Source of the DNA: Burkholderiales bacterium
GTDB lineage: Bacteria > Pseudomonadota > Gammaproteobacteria > Burkholderiales > SG8-39
Direction: 5' to 3'
DNA: 54,261 nucleotides
Assembly: GCA_025458245.1 (NCBI GenBank)
Contig: JALOSW010000001.1
Span: 1-54,261 of the forward strand
Position 1 is the first letter of the stretch. Each line of letters starts with the position of its first letter. Below are positions 26,261 through 33,399 of the stretch, piece after piece. The notes below the pieces were generated by a model. It was not told the DNA's origin. It saw nothing but the letters and a program-made list of their open reading frames with translations, and searched no databases. The translations under genes were made by a program, and so were the position numbers.

Positions 26261-26776
26261 TCAGTGAGGCTTGAAGTAGTCGAAGGGCTCGAGGCACTCG
26301 TCGCAGCGGTACAGCGCCTTGCACGGCGTCGACCCGAAGCGGCTGGTGAGCGAGGTGCGGCGCGATCCGCAGCGCGGACACGCGACCGGGTCGGGAGCGC
26401 GGCGCCGCAGGATCGCACTCGCGTCGACGACCTTGTAGCCGGGCGGCGCGATGCCGTAGCCCGAGAGCTTCTCGCGGCCGCGCTCGGTGATCCAGTCGGT
26501 GGTCCAGGCCGGCGAGAGCCGCGTCTCGAGCAGGACGCGCTCGATGCCCCGCGCCCGGATCGCCCGTGCGATCTCGGCCGCGATCAGCTCGGTGGCGGGA
26601 CAGCCGGAGTAGGTCGGCGTCACCGTCACCACGAGCGCGCCCGATTCTTCCCTGCGCACGTCGCGCACGATGCCGAGGTCGACGACGGACACCGCCGGAA
26701 TCTCGGGATCGGGAACGTCCGCGAGCCACGACCAGACCTCCTCGACGCTAGGATCGATGCTCGCGTGCTCGGTCAT
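26261..26776 (-). CDS. paaD: Phenylacetyl-CoA epoxidase subunit PaaD
   Basis: 171 aa counted. SufT-like N-terminal part (VDLGIV...TPTYSGCPA) and a C-terminal Cys4 cluster (CPRCGS...CDEC). Confidence 0.85.
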   Translation of the reverse strand: MTEHASIDPSVEEVWSWLADVPDPEIPAVSVVDLGIVRDVRREESGALVVTVTPTYSGCPATELIAAEIARAIRARGIERVLLETRLSPAWTTDWITERGREKLSGYGIAPPGYKVVDASAILRRRAPDPVACPRCGSRRTSLTSRFGSTPCKALYRCDECLEPFDYFKPH

Positions 26777-26790
26777 CGGCGCGGGAGGCG

Positions 26791-27549
26791 CTACCACTGT
26801 CCGCCCGGGTACGCCCGCTGCAGGAACTGCATCTCCGCGAGCAGGTAACCCAGGTTCTCGGTATGCACGCCCTGCTTGCCGCCACGCTGCATGTAGCCGG
26901 CGGCGGGCGCGACGAGCGTCGCTTCGTCGAGGACTTGCTTCACCGCGTCCATCCAGGGCGCGTGCAGCGACCCGGGATCGAATCCGACGCCGCTCTCGGC
27001 CAGGATGCGATCGACCTCGTCCGCTGCGAACAGCTCGCCCGTGTAGGTCCAGAGGTCGTCGATCGCCGCCTGCATTTTCGCGCGGCTCTCGTCGGTTCCG
27101 TCGCCGAGGCGCACGACCCAGTCGGCCGACCGCTCGAAGTGGTACCGGGCCTCCTTGAGGGACTTGCCCGCGATGTCGGCGACGCGCGCATCCGTCGAGC
27201 CGCGCAAGGCGTCCAGGGCGCGCACGTTCCAGGCGTCGAAGTAGAACTGCCGCGCGATGGTGTCGGCAAAGTTGCCGTTCGGCTGTTCGACGAGCAGGAC
27301 GTTCCGGAAATCCGATGCGTCGCGAAGGAACGCGAGCCGATCCTCGTCGCGGCCCTTGCCCTCGACTTCGCCGGCGTACGCGAGCCACATGCGCGCCTGA
27401 CCGATGAGGTCGAGCGCGGTGTTCGCGGTCGCGAGGTCCTCCTCGATGATCGGCGCCTTGCCGGTCCACTCGCCGAGACGCTGCGCGAGCACCAGCGCGC
27501 TGTCGCCGAGGCGCAGGAGATATTCGAACAGGGCGTCTTGCCGGCCCAT
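26791..27549 (-). CDS. paaC: Phenylacetyl-CoA epoxidase structural subunit PaaC
   Basis: 252 aa counted. Ferritin-like helical protein in the conserved position. Confidence 0.85.
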   Translation of the reverse strand: MGRQDALFEYLLRLGDSALVLAQRLGEWTGKAPIIEEDLATANTALDLIGQARMWLAYAGEVEGKGRDEDRLAFLRDASDFRNVLLVEQPNGNFADTIARQFYFDAWNVRALDALRGSTDARVADIAGKSLKEARYHFERSADWVVRLGDGTDESRAKMQAAIDDLWTYTGELFAADEVDRILAESGVGFDPGSLHAPWMDAVKQVLDEATLVAPAAGYMQRGGKQGVHTENLGYLLAEMQFLQRAYPGGQW

Positions 27550-27551
27550 GG

Positions 27552-27833
27552 TCAAATGCCCTTGACTTCGTCGGGCATCGGATAGAAGGTCGGATGGCGA
27601 TAGACCTTGCTGTTCGCCGGCTCGAACAGCGCCTCCTTGTCGCCGGGACTCGACGCCGTAATGTCGGCGGCCTTCACCACCCAGATCGAGACGCCTTCGT
27701 TGCGCCGCGTGTAGACGTCGCGCGCGTTGCGGATCGCCATCTCCGCGTCCGGAGCGTGCAGCGATCCCACGTGCTTGTGCGCGAGCCCGTGCTGGCTGCG
27801 GATGAACACTTCCCACAACGGCCATTCTTTCAT
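27552..27833 (-). CDS. paaB: Phenylacetyl-CoA epoxidase subunit PaaB
   Basis: 93 aa, WPLWEVFIRSQHGLAHKHVGSLHA. Confidence 0.92.
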   Translation of the reverse strand: MKEWPLWEVFIRSQHGLAHKHVGSLHAPDAEMAIRNARDVYTRRNEGVSIWVVKAADITASSPGDKEALFEPANSKVYRHPTFYPMPDEVKGI

Positions 27834-27855
27834 CGGTCACCTCCGAAAAACATTC

Positions 27856-27998
27856 ACCGCGAGAGCGCAAAGATCGCGAAGGTCCGCAAGAGACGATTCG
27901 GTGCCCTTTGGGCCAAGGCGCCTGAACCTCGAATCGGGCCGGTCGAGGTCTCGCATCCGTTTCTTTGCGACCCGTTGCGCCCTTCGCGTCTTTGCGGT
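27856..27998. repeat. Inverted-repeat intergenic element, copy A, inserted between paaA and paaB
   Basis: Terminal arms of about 40 nt, ACCGCGAGAGCGCAAAGATCGCGAAGGTCCGCAAGAGACG and its imperfect complement CGTTTCTTTGCGACCCGTTGCGCCCTTCGCGTCTTTGCGGT. The arms are built from (G/C)CGCAAAG-like subrepeats. Both arms align with copy B at 34120-34272. Confidence 0.7.
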
Positions 27999-28011
27999 CA
28001 GGGGTTTCGCT

Positions 28012-29007
28012 CTACGCAGCCTTCACCCGCTCGCGCGCGGCCCGCTTTTCGGCGTGCGCCACCGCGGCTTCGCGCACCCACGCGCCGTCTTCCCATGCCT
28101 TCACGCGCGCGCGCAGCCGATCGCGGTTGCACGGGCCATCGCCCTTGATCACGCGGTAGAACTCGTCCCAGTCGATCGGGCCATGCTCCCAATGGCCGGT
28201 CTCGTCGTTCCACGCGAGATCCGGGTCGGGCACGGTCAGCCCGAGGTAATGCGCCTGCGGCACCGTCTGGTCGAGCCATTTCTGGCGCAGCTCGTCGTTC
28301 GAGAAGAGCTTGATCTTCCACGCCATCGACTGCGCACTGTGCACCGAGTCCTTGTCCGGCGGGCCCTGCATCGCGAGCGCGGGCCACCACCAGCGGTTGA
28401 ATGCCTCCTGCGCCATCGCCTTCTGCTCCGCGGTGCCACGCGCGAGCGCGAGCATGATGTCGTAGCCCTGCCGCTGGTGGAAGGACTCCTCTTTGCAGAC
28501 GCGCACCATGGCGCGCGCGTACGGACCGTACGAGCAGCGGCATAGCGGGATCTGGTTGATGATCGCGGCGCCGTCGACGAGCCACCCGATGCAGCCCACG
28601 TCGGCCCAGCTGAGCGTCGGGTAGTTGAAGATGCTCGAGTACTTGGCCTTGCCGGCGTGCAGGTCGGCGATCATCTGGTCGCGCGAGACGCCCAGGGTCT
28701 CGGCCGCGCTGTAGAGATAGAGGCCGTGCCCGCCCTCGTCCTGCACTTTCGCGAGCAGGATCGCCTTGCGCTTCAAGGTCGGCGCGCGGGTGATCCAGTT
28801 GCCCTCGGGAAGCATCCCGACGATCTCGGAATGCGCGTGCTGCGAGATCTGGCGGACGAGCGTGCGCCGATAGGATTCGGGCATCGGGTCCTTCGCCTCG
28901 ATTTTCACGCCGGCGTCGATGCGCTCCTGGAACGCGCGATCCTCGGGCGAGAGTTCCTCGAGGGACTGGACGCGCTTGGCGCCGGTGTCGACGAGCTGGG
29001 CGTACAT
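28012..29007 (-). CDS. paaA: Phenylacetyl-CoA 1,2-epoxidase catalytic subunit PaaA
   Basis: 331 aa di-iron protein ([20 protein letters not shown]-type, EESFHQRQG). Confidence 0.93.
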   Translation of the reverse strand: MYAQLVDTGAKRVQSLEELSPEDRAFQERIDAGVKIEAKDPMPESYRRTLVRQISQHAHSEIVGMLPEGNWITRAPTLKRKAILLAKVQDEGGHGLYLYSAAETLGVSRDQMIADLHAGKAKYSSIFNYPTLSWADVGCIGWLVDGAAIINQIPLCRCSYGPYARAMVRVCKEESFHQRQGYDIMLALARGTAEQKAMAQEAFNRWWWPALAMQGPPDKDSVHSAQSMAWKIKLFSNDELRQKWLDQTVPQAHYLGLTVPDPDLAWNDETGHWEHGPIDWDEFYRVIKGDGPCNRDRLRARVKAWEDGAWVREAAVAHAEKRAARERVKAA

Positions 29008-29049
29008 GACGGACCTCCGCGTGCGGGCCGAAACAGGTGCGTCAGTTTA

Positions 29050-29091
29050 GTGATACAGAATATTTGATGCAAGTCACATTTTTTGTATCAC
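29050..29091. promoter_or_regulatory. paaA promoter/operator region: 8-bp inverted repeat 26 bp apart, enclosing a CRP/FNR-family-like site
   Basis: GTGATACA (29050-29057) and TGTATCAC (29084-29091). Between them, on the minus strand, lies TGTGACTTGCATCAAA (29063-29078), 9 of 10 to TGTGA-N6-TCACA. This is an AT-rich island about 45-85 nt upstream of the paaA ATG. Confidence 0.45.
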
Positions 29092-29138
29092 GTTGCGCCG
29101 CGTCAAACCCGATTTCCCTCCCCAGATCAGGGTTTCTT

Positions 29139-29774
29139 TCAGTACTCGACGGGCACCGGATCGAGGCTGCGCCACAGATACCAGGTCGCGACCGAGCGCC
29201 AGGGCGCCCACGCACCGCCGAACGCACGCAGCTCGGCGGCGCCGATCGGCTCGCCGCCGCGGTAATGCAGGCTGACCGCCTTGCGCAAGCCGAGGTCGTC
29301 GACCGGCAGAACGTCCGGCCGCAGGAGGTTGAAGATGAGGAACATTTCGGCCGTCCAGCGGCCGATGCCGCGCACCGCTACCAACTCGCCGATCACCGCC
29401 TCGTCGTCCATCGCGGGCCACCGCTGCGGATGAAGGGTGCCGCCCCGGAAACGCGCGGCGAGGTCGCGGATGTACTCGACCTTGCGCCGGGACAGCCCTG
29501 CGCGCGCGAGACGGTCGCGGCGCACGCGCAGAATCGCGTCCGGCGTCATCGCGGGCGCGACCGCGACCAGCCGCCCCCAGACGCTGTCGGCGGCCTTCAC
29601 CGAGATCTGCTGCCCGACGATCGAGCGCGCGAGCGTCTGGAACGGGTCGCCCCGGGTCCGCAGGCGCACGCGCGGATGGGCGCGAATGATGTCCCCGAGC
29701 ACGGGATCGCGCCGGGCAAGGGTGCGCCTGGCGCTCGCCCAGTACGGCGGATGCGCCGGGGCATTGCCGATCAC
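29139..29774 (-). CDS. alkA: DNA-3-methyladenine glycosylase II-like (HhH-GPD family, AlkA-like)
   Basis: 211 aa from a GTG at 29774 that overlaps the stop of the upstream gene (GTGA). HhH motif VAVRGIGRWTAEMFLIF and catalytic-Asp context PVDDLGLRKA. Confidence 0.8.
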   Translation of the reverse strand: MIGNAPAHPPYWASARRTLARRDPVLGDIIRAHPRVRLRTRGDPFQTLARSIVGQQISVKAADSVWGRLVAVAPAMTPDAILRVRRDRLARAGLSRRKVEYIRDLAARFRGGTLHPQRWPAMDDEAVIGELVAVRGIGRWTAEMFLIFNLLRPDVLPVDDLGLRKAVSLHYRGGEPIGAAELRAFGGAWAPWRSVATWYLWRSLDPVPVEY

Positions 29775-30826
29775 GAGACCGATGCGAGCGGCAGGTTGAG
29801 CAGGAGGTTCTGCGGCTTCATCCGGACGATGCCCTCCTCGTCCATCGACAGCGCCAGGTAGACCGGCTTGCCCGCGATGTCCGGGCGCATCACCTGCGGG
29901 TCGGCGAACTCCATCCGGAAGAGCCCGAGCACCCGCTGCATCCGGCCGGGCTCCACGTCCTCTCCGTTCCAGAGATCGTTCAGCAGTCCCGTCGACTGCG
30001 CGTCGAGGCCGATGTGCCAAGCCCAGCGCTCGTCGGCGATCGACTGCAGCGATTCGACCCGCACCGCCGCACCGGTGAAATGCGCGATCCACTTCTCGAC
30101 CAGACGGCAGAACGCGCGGGTCGCGGCGCGGCCATGGTTGAGACTCATCACGAAGTCGTGCCGCTGGTCGCGCAGCCAGTACATGTGCGCGTTCTCGGCG
30201 TCGAGGACATCGAGGTTGACCGCCTTCATCGGCGTCTGCGCCTCGACGATCAGCCGCCCGAGGCTGCCATAGGCGCCGCCGGTGGCATGCATCTCGACCG
30301 TCTCGCGATCGGCGAGCATCACCGCGCCGTCCGCGACGTTCGCCTTCTGTTCACGATAGAACAGTTCGCCGGCGCGCGCCTCCAGCGGGTCGTCGGTGCC
30401 CTCGAGGATATTGCGCACGATGATCTGCGCGAGCTGGTCGAGAAAAAGAGGCGGCACGCTGACGTTGCCCTCGCGGAAGATCGCCGCGTAGCACGCCTCC
30501 ACGGTCGGCGCCGCCATCAGCCGCCGCCGAAAGTCGAGCAGCACGCCATAGTTGAAGCGCGTGTCCTCGTCCTCGATCGCCGCAATATCGCCCTCGGTCA
30601 CCGCGCGGCGGGGATCGGCCATGAGCGACTCGTGCAGCGCGATCTCGCCCGGGCCCGACTCCTCGACCGGGCGGATCTCGGGGCGGGCGAGGTAGGCACG
30701 GAAGAAATCGTCGGTCGCGACGAGCTTGCCGTCGGCGTCGCGCACGAGCAGGTGGAACCCCGAATTTCTCCAGAAGTCCGGCATGGATCCGTGCAGGATT
30801 TCAGCCGGCCGCTGGCGCGTAGGCAT
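29771..30826 (-). CDS. Conserved hypothetical protein, no recognisable catalytic motif
   Basis: 351-aa ORF with coding-like composition. The ATG at 30826 overlaps the HNH gene by 26 nt. An ATG at 30784 (MPDFWRNSGF) is an alternative start. Confidence 0.6.
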   Translation of the reverse strand: MPTRQRPAEILHGSMPDFWRNSGFHLLVRDADGKLVATDDFFRAYLARPEIRPVEESGPGEIALHESLMADPRRAVTEGDIAAIEDEDTRFNYGVLLDFRRRLMAAPTVEACYAAIFREGNVSVPPLFLDQLAQIIVRNILEGTDDPLEARAGELFYREQKANVADGAVMLADRETVEMHATGGAYGSLGRLIVEAQTPMKAVNLDVLDAENAHMYWLRDQRHDFVMSLNHGRAATRAFCRLVEKWIAHFTGAAVRVESLQSIADERWAWHIGLDAQSTGLLNDLWNGEDVEPGRMQRVLGLFRMEFADPQVMRPDIAGKPVYLALSMDEEGIVRMKPQNLLLNLPLASVS

Positions 30827-31394
30827 CCAGCACGCGGCTCCCCGAGGCCACGTGCGGGACCAGGAACTCCATCTGATCCGAGAGGATCTTCCGGTTGGTG
30901 AGGATGAGGTACTCGGCCTTGTTCGGCACGTACGGGGCGTAGAGAAGTTCGATGCCCGCCTCTTCCGGCGTGCGGTTCCGCTTCATGCCGTTGCAGTGGC
31001 GGCAGGCCGTGACGACGTTCATCCAGCCGTCGCGGCCGCCGCGCGACAGCGGCAGGATGTGGTCGCGCGTGAGCCGGAAGTAGGAGAACTCGCCGCCGCA
31101 ATAGGCGCAGATCTGGCGATCACGGCGGAACAGCTCGCGGTTGGAGAGCGGCGGAATCTGGTGGAAGCCCTTCATCGCCATCGCTCGGCCCCGTATCGCC
31201 ATGATCGAGTGCCCGCTGATGGAAGAGCGCTGCCCGGTCGCGCGCGATACGCCGCCGTAAACCGTGAACGCGACTTCACCGAGCGTCCAGGCGACCAGGT
31301 TCTTGGCGTAGTAAAAGCAGGCCTGTTGCCACGTGACCCAGCGGTGCGGGACACCGTGCGAGTCGAGGGTGAGGATCAGCGGCGGCTCGGCCAT
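30801..31394 (-). CDS. HNH endonuclease family protein
   Basis: 197 aa. The motif is CAYCGGEF...DHILPLSRGG...NVVTACRHCNGMKRNR. Confidence 0.85.
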   Translation of the reverse strand: MAEPPLILTLDSHGVPHRWVTWQQACFYYAKNLVAWTLGEVAFTVYGGVSRATGQRSSISGHSIMAIRGRAMAMKGFHQIPPLSNRELFRRDRQICAYCGGEFSYFRLTRDHILPLSRGGRDGWMNVVTACRHCNGMKRNRTPEEAGIELLYAPYVPNKAEYLILTNRKILSDQMEFLVPHVASGSRVLDAYAPAAG

Positions 31395-31527
31395 CGGGCG
31401 CGATCGATCGTTGCATCAGGCGTTCGGTTCGTGCAGCGATTGTGCCGCAAAAACAGGGTCATGACCACCGCGCTGGCGACCGCGCGAAGCGCACCGGCGC
31501 GCGCCGCGCGCCTTGGACCCGGAACCT

Positions 31528-32382
31528 TCAGTTCAGGGCCGACGCGAGCTGCCGCCGATACTCGCGCACGAGGTCCGGATCACCCGAGGCGAGGCTGAAG
31601 ACGCGGAGCAGCGTCTGCCGCGCCTGCTCGCGCAATGCGCCGCGGTCGCGCCGGACGACTTCGAGCAGCTCTTTCATGGCCGATTCGTAGCGGGCTTCGA
31701 CCGCGAGGCGTTCGCCGAGTGCGAGGCGCGCGCCGAGGTCGGCGGGATCTGCAGCAATGCGGTCGGCGAGCGCGTCGGCCGACGGGAGGCCCTGCACGGT
31801 GCGCCAGCCCGCGACGCGCGCGCGCAGTGCGTCGAGCCGGTCGCTCGACTCGTACTCGGGCACCTTGGCGATCGCCTCCTCGGCGCCCGCCATGTCGCCG
31901 CGCGCCGCGAGCAGCTCGGCGAGCTCCAGGCGTGCCGCTGCGCTCGCGGGCTCCAGCGAGATCGCGTCGCGCAGCTTCGCCTCGGCGTCCTCGAAATCGC
32001 CTTCGGCCAGGGCCTGCGCTGCGGCACGGCGGAGTTTCTCCGCCTTTGAGGGCACGAGTGAGTCGAGGAACGCGCGCACGCCCGACTCAGGCAGCGCGCC
32101 GACGAACTCGTTCGCCACCTCGCCGTCCACGAACGCCTTGACGTTCGGGATGCCGCGGACGCCGTATCGGGCGGCCGGCTCGGGGTGCTCGTCGGTGTTC
32201 AGCTTGACGAGGACGAATTTTCCGGCGTACTCCTTCGCGAGCTTCTCGAGAATCGGCTTCAGCACGCGGCACGGGCCGCACCACGGGGCCCAGAAGTCCA
32301 CGACGACGGGCTGGGTTCGGGATGCTTCGATCACGTCGCGCTCGAACATGTCGGCGGTGGTGTCGATGGAAACGGCCGTCAT
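31528..32382 (-). CDS. Thioredoxin-domain plus TPR protein (YbbN/CnoX-like architecture, with intact WCGPC)
   Basis: 284 aa. N-terminal VVVDFWAPWCGPCRVLKP followed by a helical TPR-like C-terminal half. Confidence 0.85.
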   Translation of the reverse strand: MTAVSIDTTADMFERDVIEASRTQPVVVDFWAPWCGPCRVLKPILEKLAKEYAGKFVLVKLNTDEHPEPAARYGVRGIPNVKAFVDGEVANEFVGALPESGVRAFLDSLVPSKAEKLRRAAAQALAEGDFEDAEAKLRDAISLEPASAAARLELAELLAARGDMAGAEEAIAKVPEYESSDRLDALRARVAGWRTVQGLPSADALADRIAADPADLGARLALGERLAVEARYESAMKELLEVVRRDRGALREQARQTLLRVFSLASGDPDLVREYRRQLASALN

Positions 32383-32468
32383 GGCATTGCTCCTGCCGGT
32401 TTGTACTTCAAGGAAGTTGCGGCGTGCCGGCCGCGTTTCAAGGTCGCGTGCCGTCTTTCGGCAGCCCT

Positions 32469-32482
32469 TTGACCCCGATCAA
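32469..32482. promoter_or_regulatory. FNR/FixK-type box TTGACCCCGATCAA
   Basis: Exact TTGA-N6-TCAA, 9 of 10 to TTGAT-N4-ATCAA. A TAGGCT -10-like hexamer (32504-32509) follows 21 nt downstream on the plus strand, pointing at the DksA-like gene. Confidence 0.5.
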
Positions 32483-32617
32483 GGAGCACCGGTCGAGCGG
32501 CCCTAGGCTGAACGAAAGACCCGCCCGGCGCGGCAGCCACCCTCGACGCCGTTCGAGGTAGGTGCGCGGCCGCACGGTCGAGAGTCGAAACTTCGTTCGG
32601 ACCGCCGGAGAGACCCG

Positions 32618-33013
32618 ATGAGCGCCCTCACCCAGACCCAGATCGAGATGCTCAAGGAGCGCATGCTGACCCGGCGCGGCGAACTCGTCACCGAAATCAA
32701 GGACAAGCTCGCGGAGAGCCGCGAGCACTCGAGCCTCACCACGCTCGAGCAGCGCCTGGAAGGCGGCGACTCCGCGCTCGCGGATCTCATCGCCTCCACC
32801 GACATGGCGATGGTGCGGCGCGACGTCGAAGAGATGCGCGAGATCGACGCGGCGATCGGACGGATCGAATCGCGCGCCTACGGCGACTGCGCGGAATGCG
32901 GCGAGCCGATCGCGTTCGCGCGCCTCGAAGCCGAGCCCACCGCGACGCGCTGCGTGCGCGACCAGGAGCGATGGGAGCGGGAACACGGCAAAGGGCCCGG
33001 TCACTCGCTCTAG
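32618..33013 (+). CDS. DksA/TraR-family zinc-finger protein with a degenerate (3-Cys) finger
   Basis: 131 aa, coiled-coil N-terminus, then CAEC-N17-CVRD (the fourth Cys is replaced by Asp). Confidence 0.75.
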   Translation: MSALTQTQIEMLKERMLTRRGELVTEIKDKLAESREHSSLTTLEQRLEGGDSALADLIASTDMAMVRRDVEEMREIDAAIGRIESRAYGDCAECGEPIAFARLEAEPTATRCVRDQERWEREHGKGPGHSL

Positions 33014-33151
33014 CGTGCCGAGGCGACGCCGGCGCGCCCGGCATCGCGGGATCGACGACGTTCCTGTCGAAATCGGAACACGCCGCGCGGCGCTCCCGCG
33101 TGCATAGTTCTCGCGCGTCGCCCGCGCGCAGCCGTCTCGCGCTAAGGAGAC

Positions 33152-33179
33152 AAAAAAAACGGCCGATCGCTCGGCCGTT
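33152..33179 (-). terminator. Rho-independent terminator (liv operon and candidate sRNA)
   Basis: Minus strand reads ACGGCCGA-GCGA-TCGGCCGT followed by TTTTTTT. Confidence 0.8.
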
Positions 33180-33224
33180 CAGAAGACTTTCACCCCAAAG
33201 GAGGAGGAAAAACAGGCGAAAGTA
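33152..33224 (-). ncRNA. Candidate small RNA of about 70 nt with a CCUCCUCC anti-SD loop
   Basis: On the minus strand a stem ACUUUC/GAAAGU encloses the loop GCCUGUUUUUCCUCCUCCUUUGGGGU. The intrinsic terminator follows directly, and a sigma-54-type promoter lies just upstream. The 5' end is predicted from promoter geometry only. Confidence 0.45.
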
Positions 33225-33234
33225 CTCTTCATCT

Positions 33235-33250
33235 AGCAGCTAGCGTGCCA
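33235..33250 (-). promoter_or_regulatory. Sigma-54 (-24/-12) type promoter
   Basis: Minus strand reads TGGCACGCTAGCTGCT versus consensus TGGCACG-N4-TTGCW. GG and GC are correctly spaced, with one mismatch in the -12 T. Confidence 0.55.
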
Positions 33251-33399
33251 GTCGAGCGCGTCGCCGTGCGCCGTCTCGCATCGGCGGGAAATTCGTCACG
33301 AATCAAAGCGCCGCTGCAGCGGAAGCCGCTGCAACCGGCTGGTTGTGCCGCGCCACGGCGGGGCAGCGAGGCGGCGCGGTGCACCGCGCCGGGGCCAGC

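Noticed and set aside
32382-32397. A plus-strand TGGCATTGCTCCTGCC resembling a sigma-54 -24/-12 element.
   Set aside because: It is the reverse complement of the Trx-TPR gene's start codon and RBS (AGGAGCAATGCCATG). It also deviates from the consensus at the -12 TTGC, so it is probably coincidental.
33179-33232. A 17-codon minus-strand ORF (MKSTFACFSSSFGVKVF) inside the candidate sRNA.
   Set aside because: No Shine-Dalgarno precedes the ATG. The predicted sigma-54 start lies downstream of the ATG. The stop is buried in the terminator stem. An RNA-level function is more parsimonious, although a micropeptide cannot be excluded.
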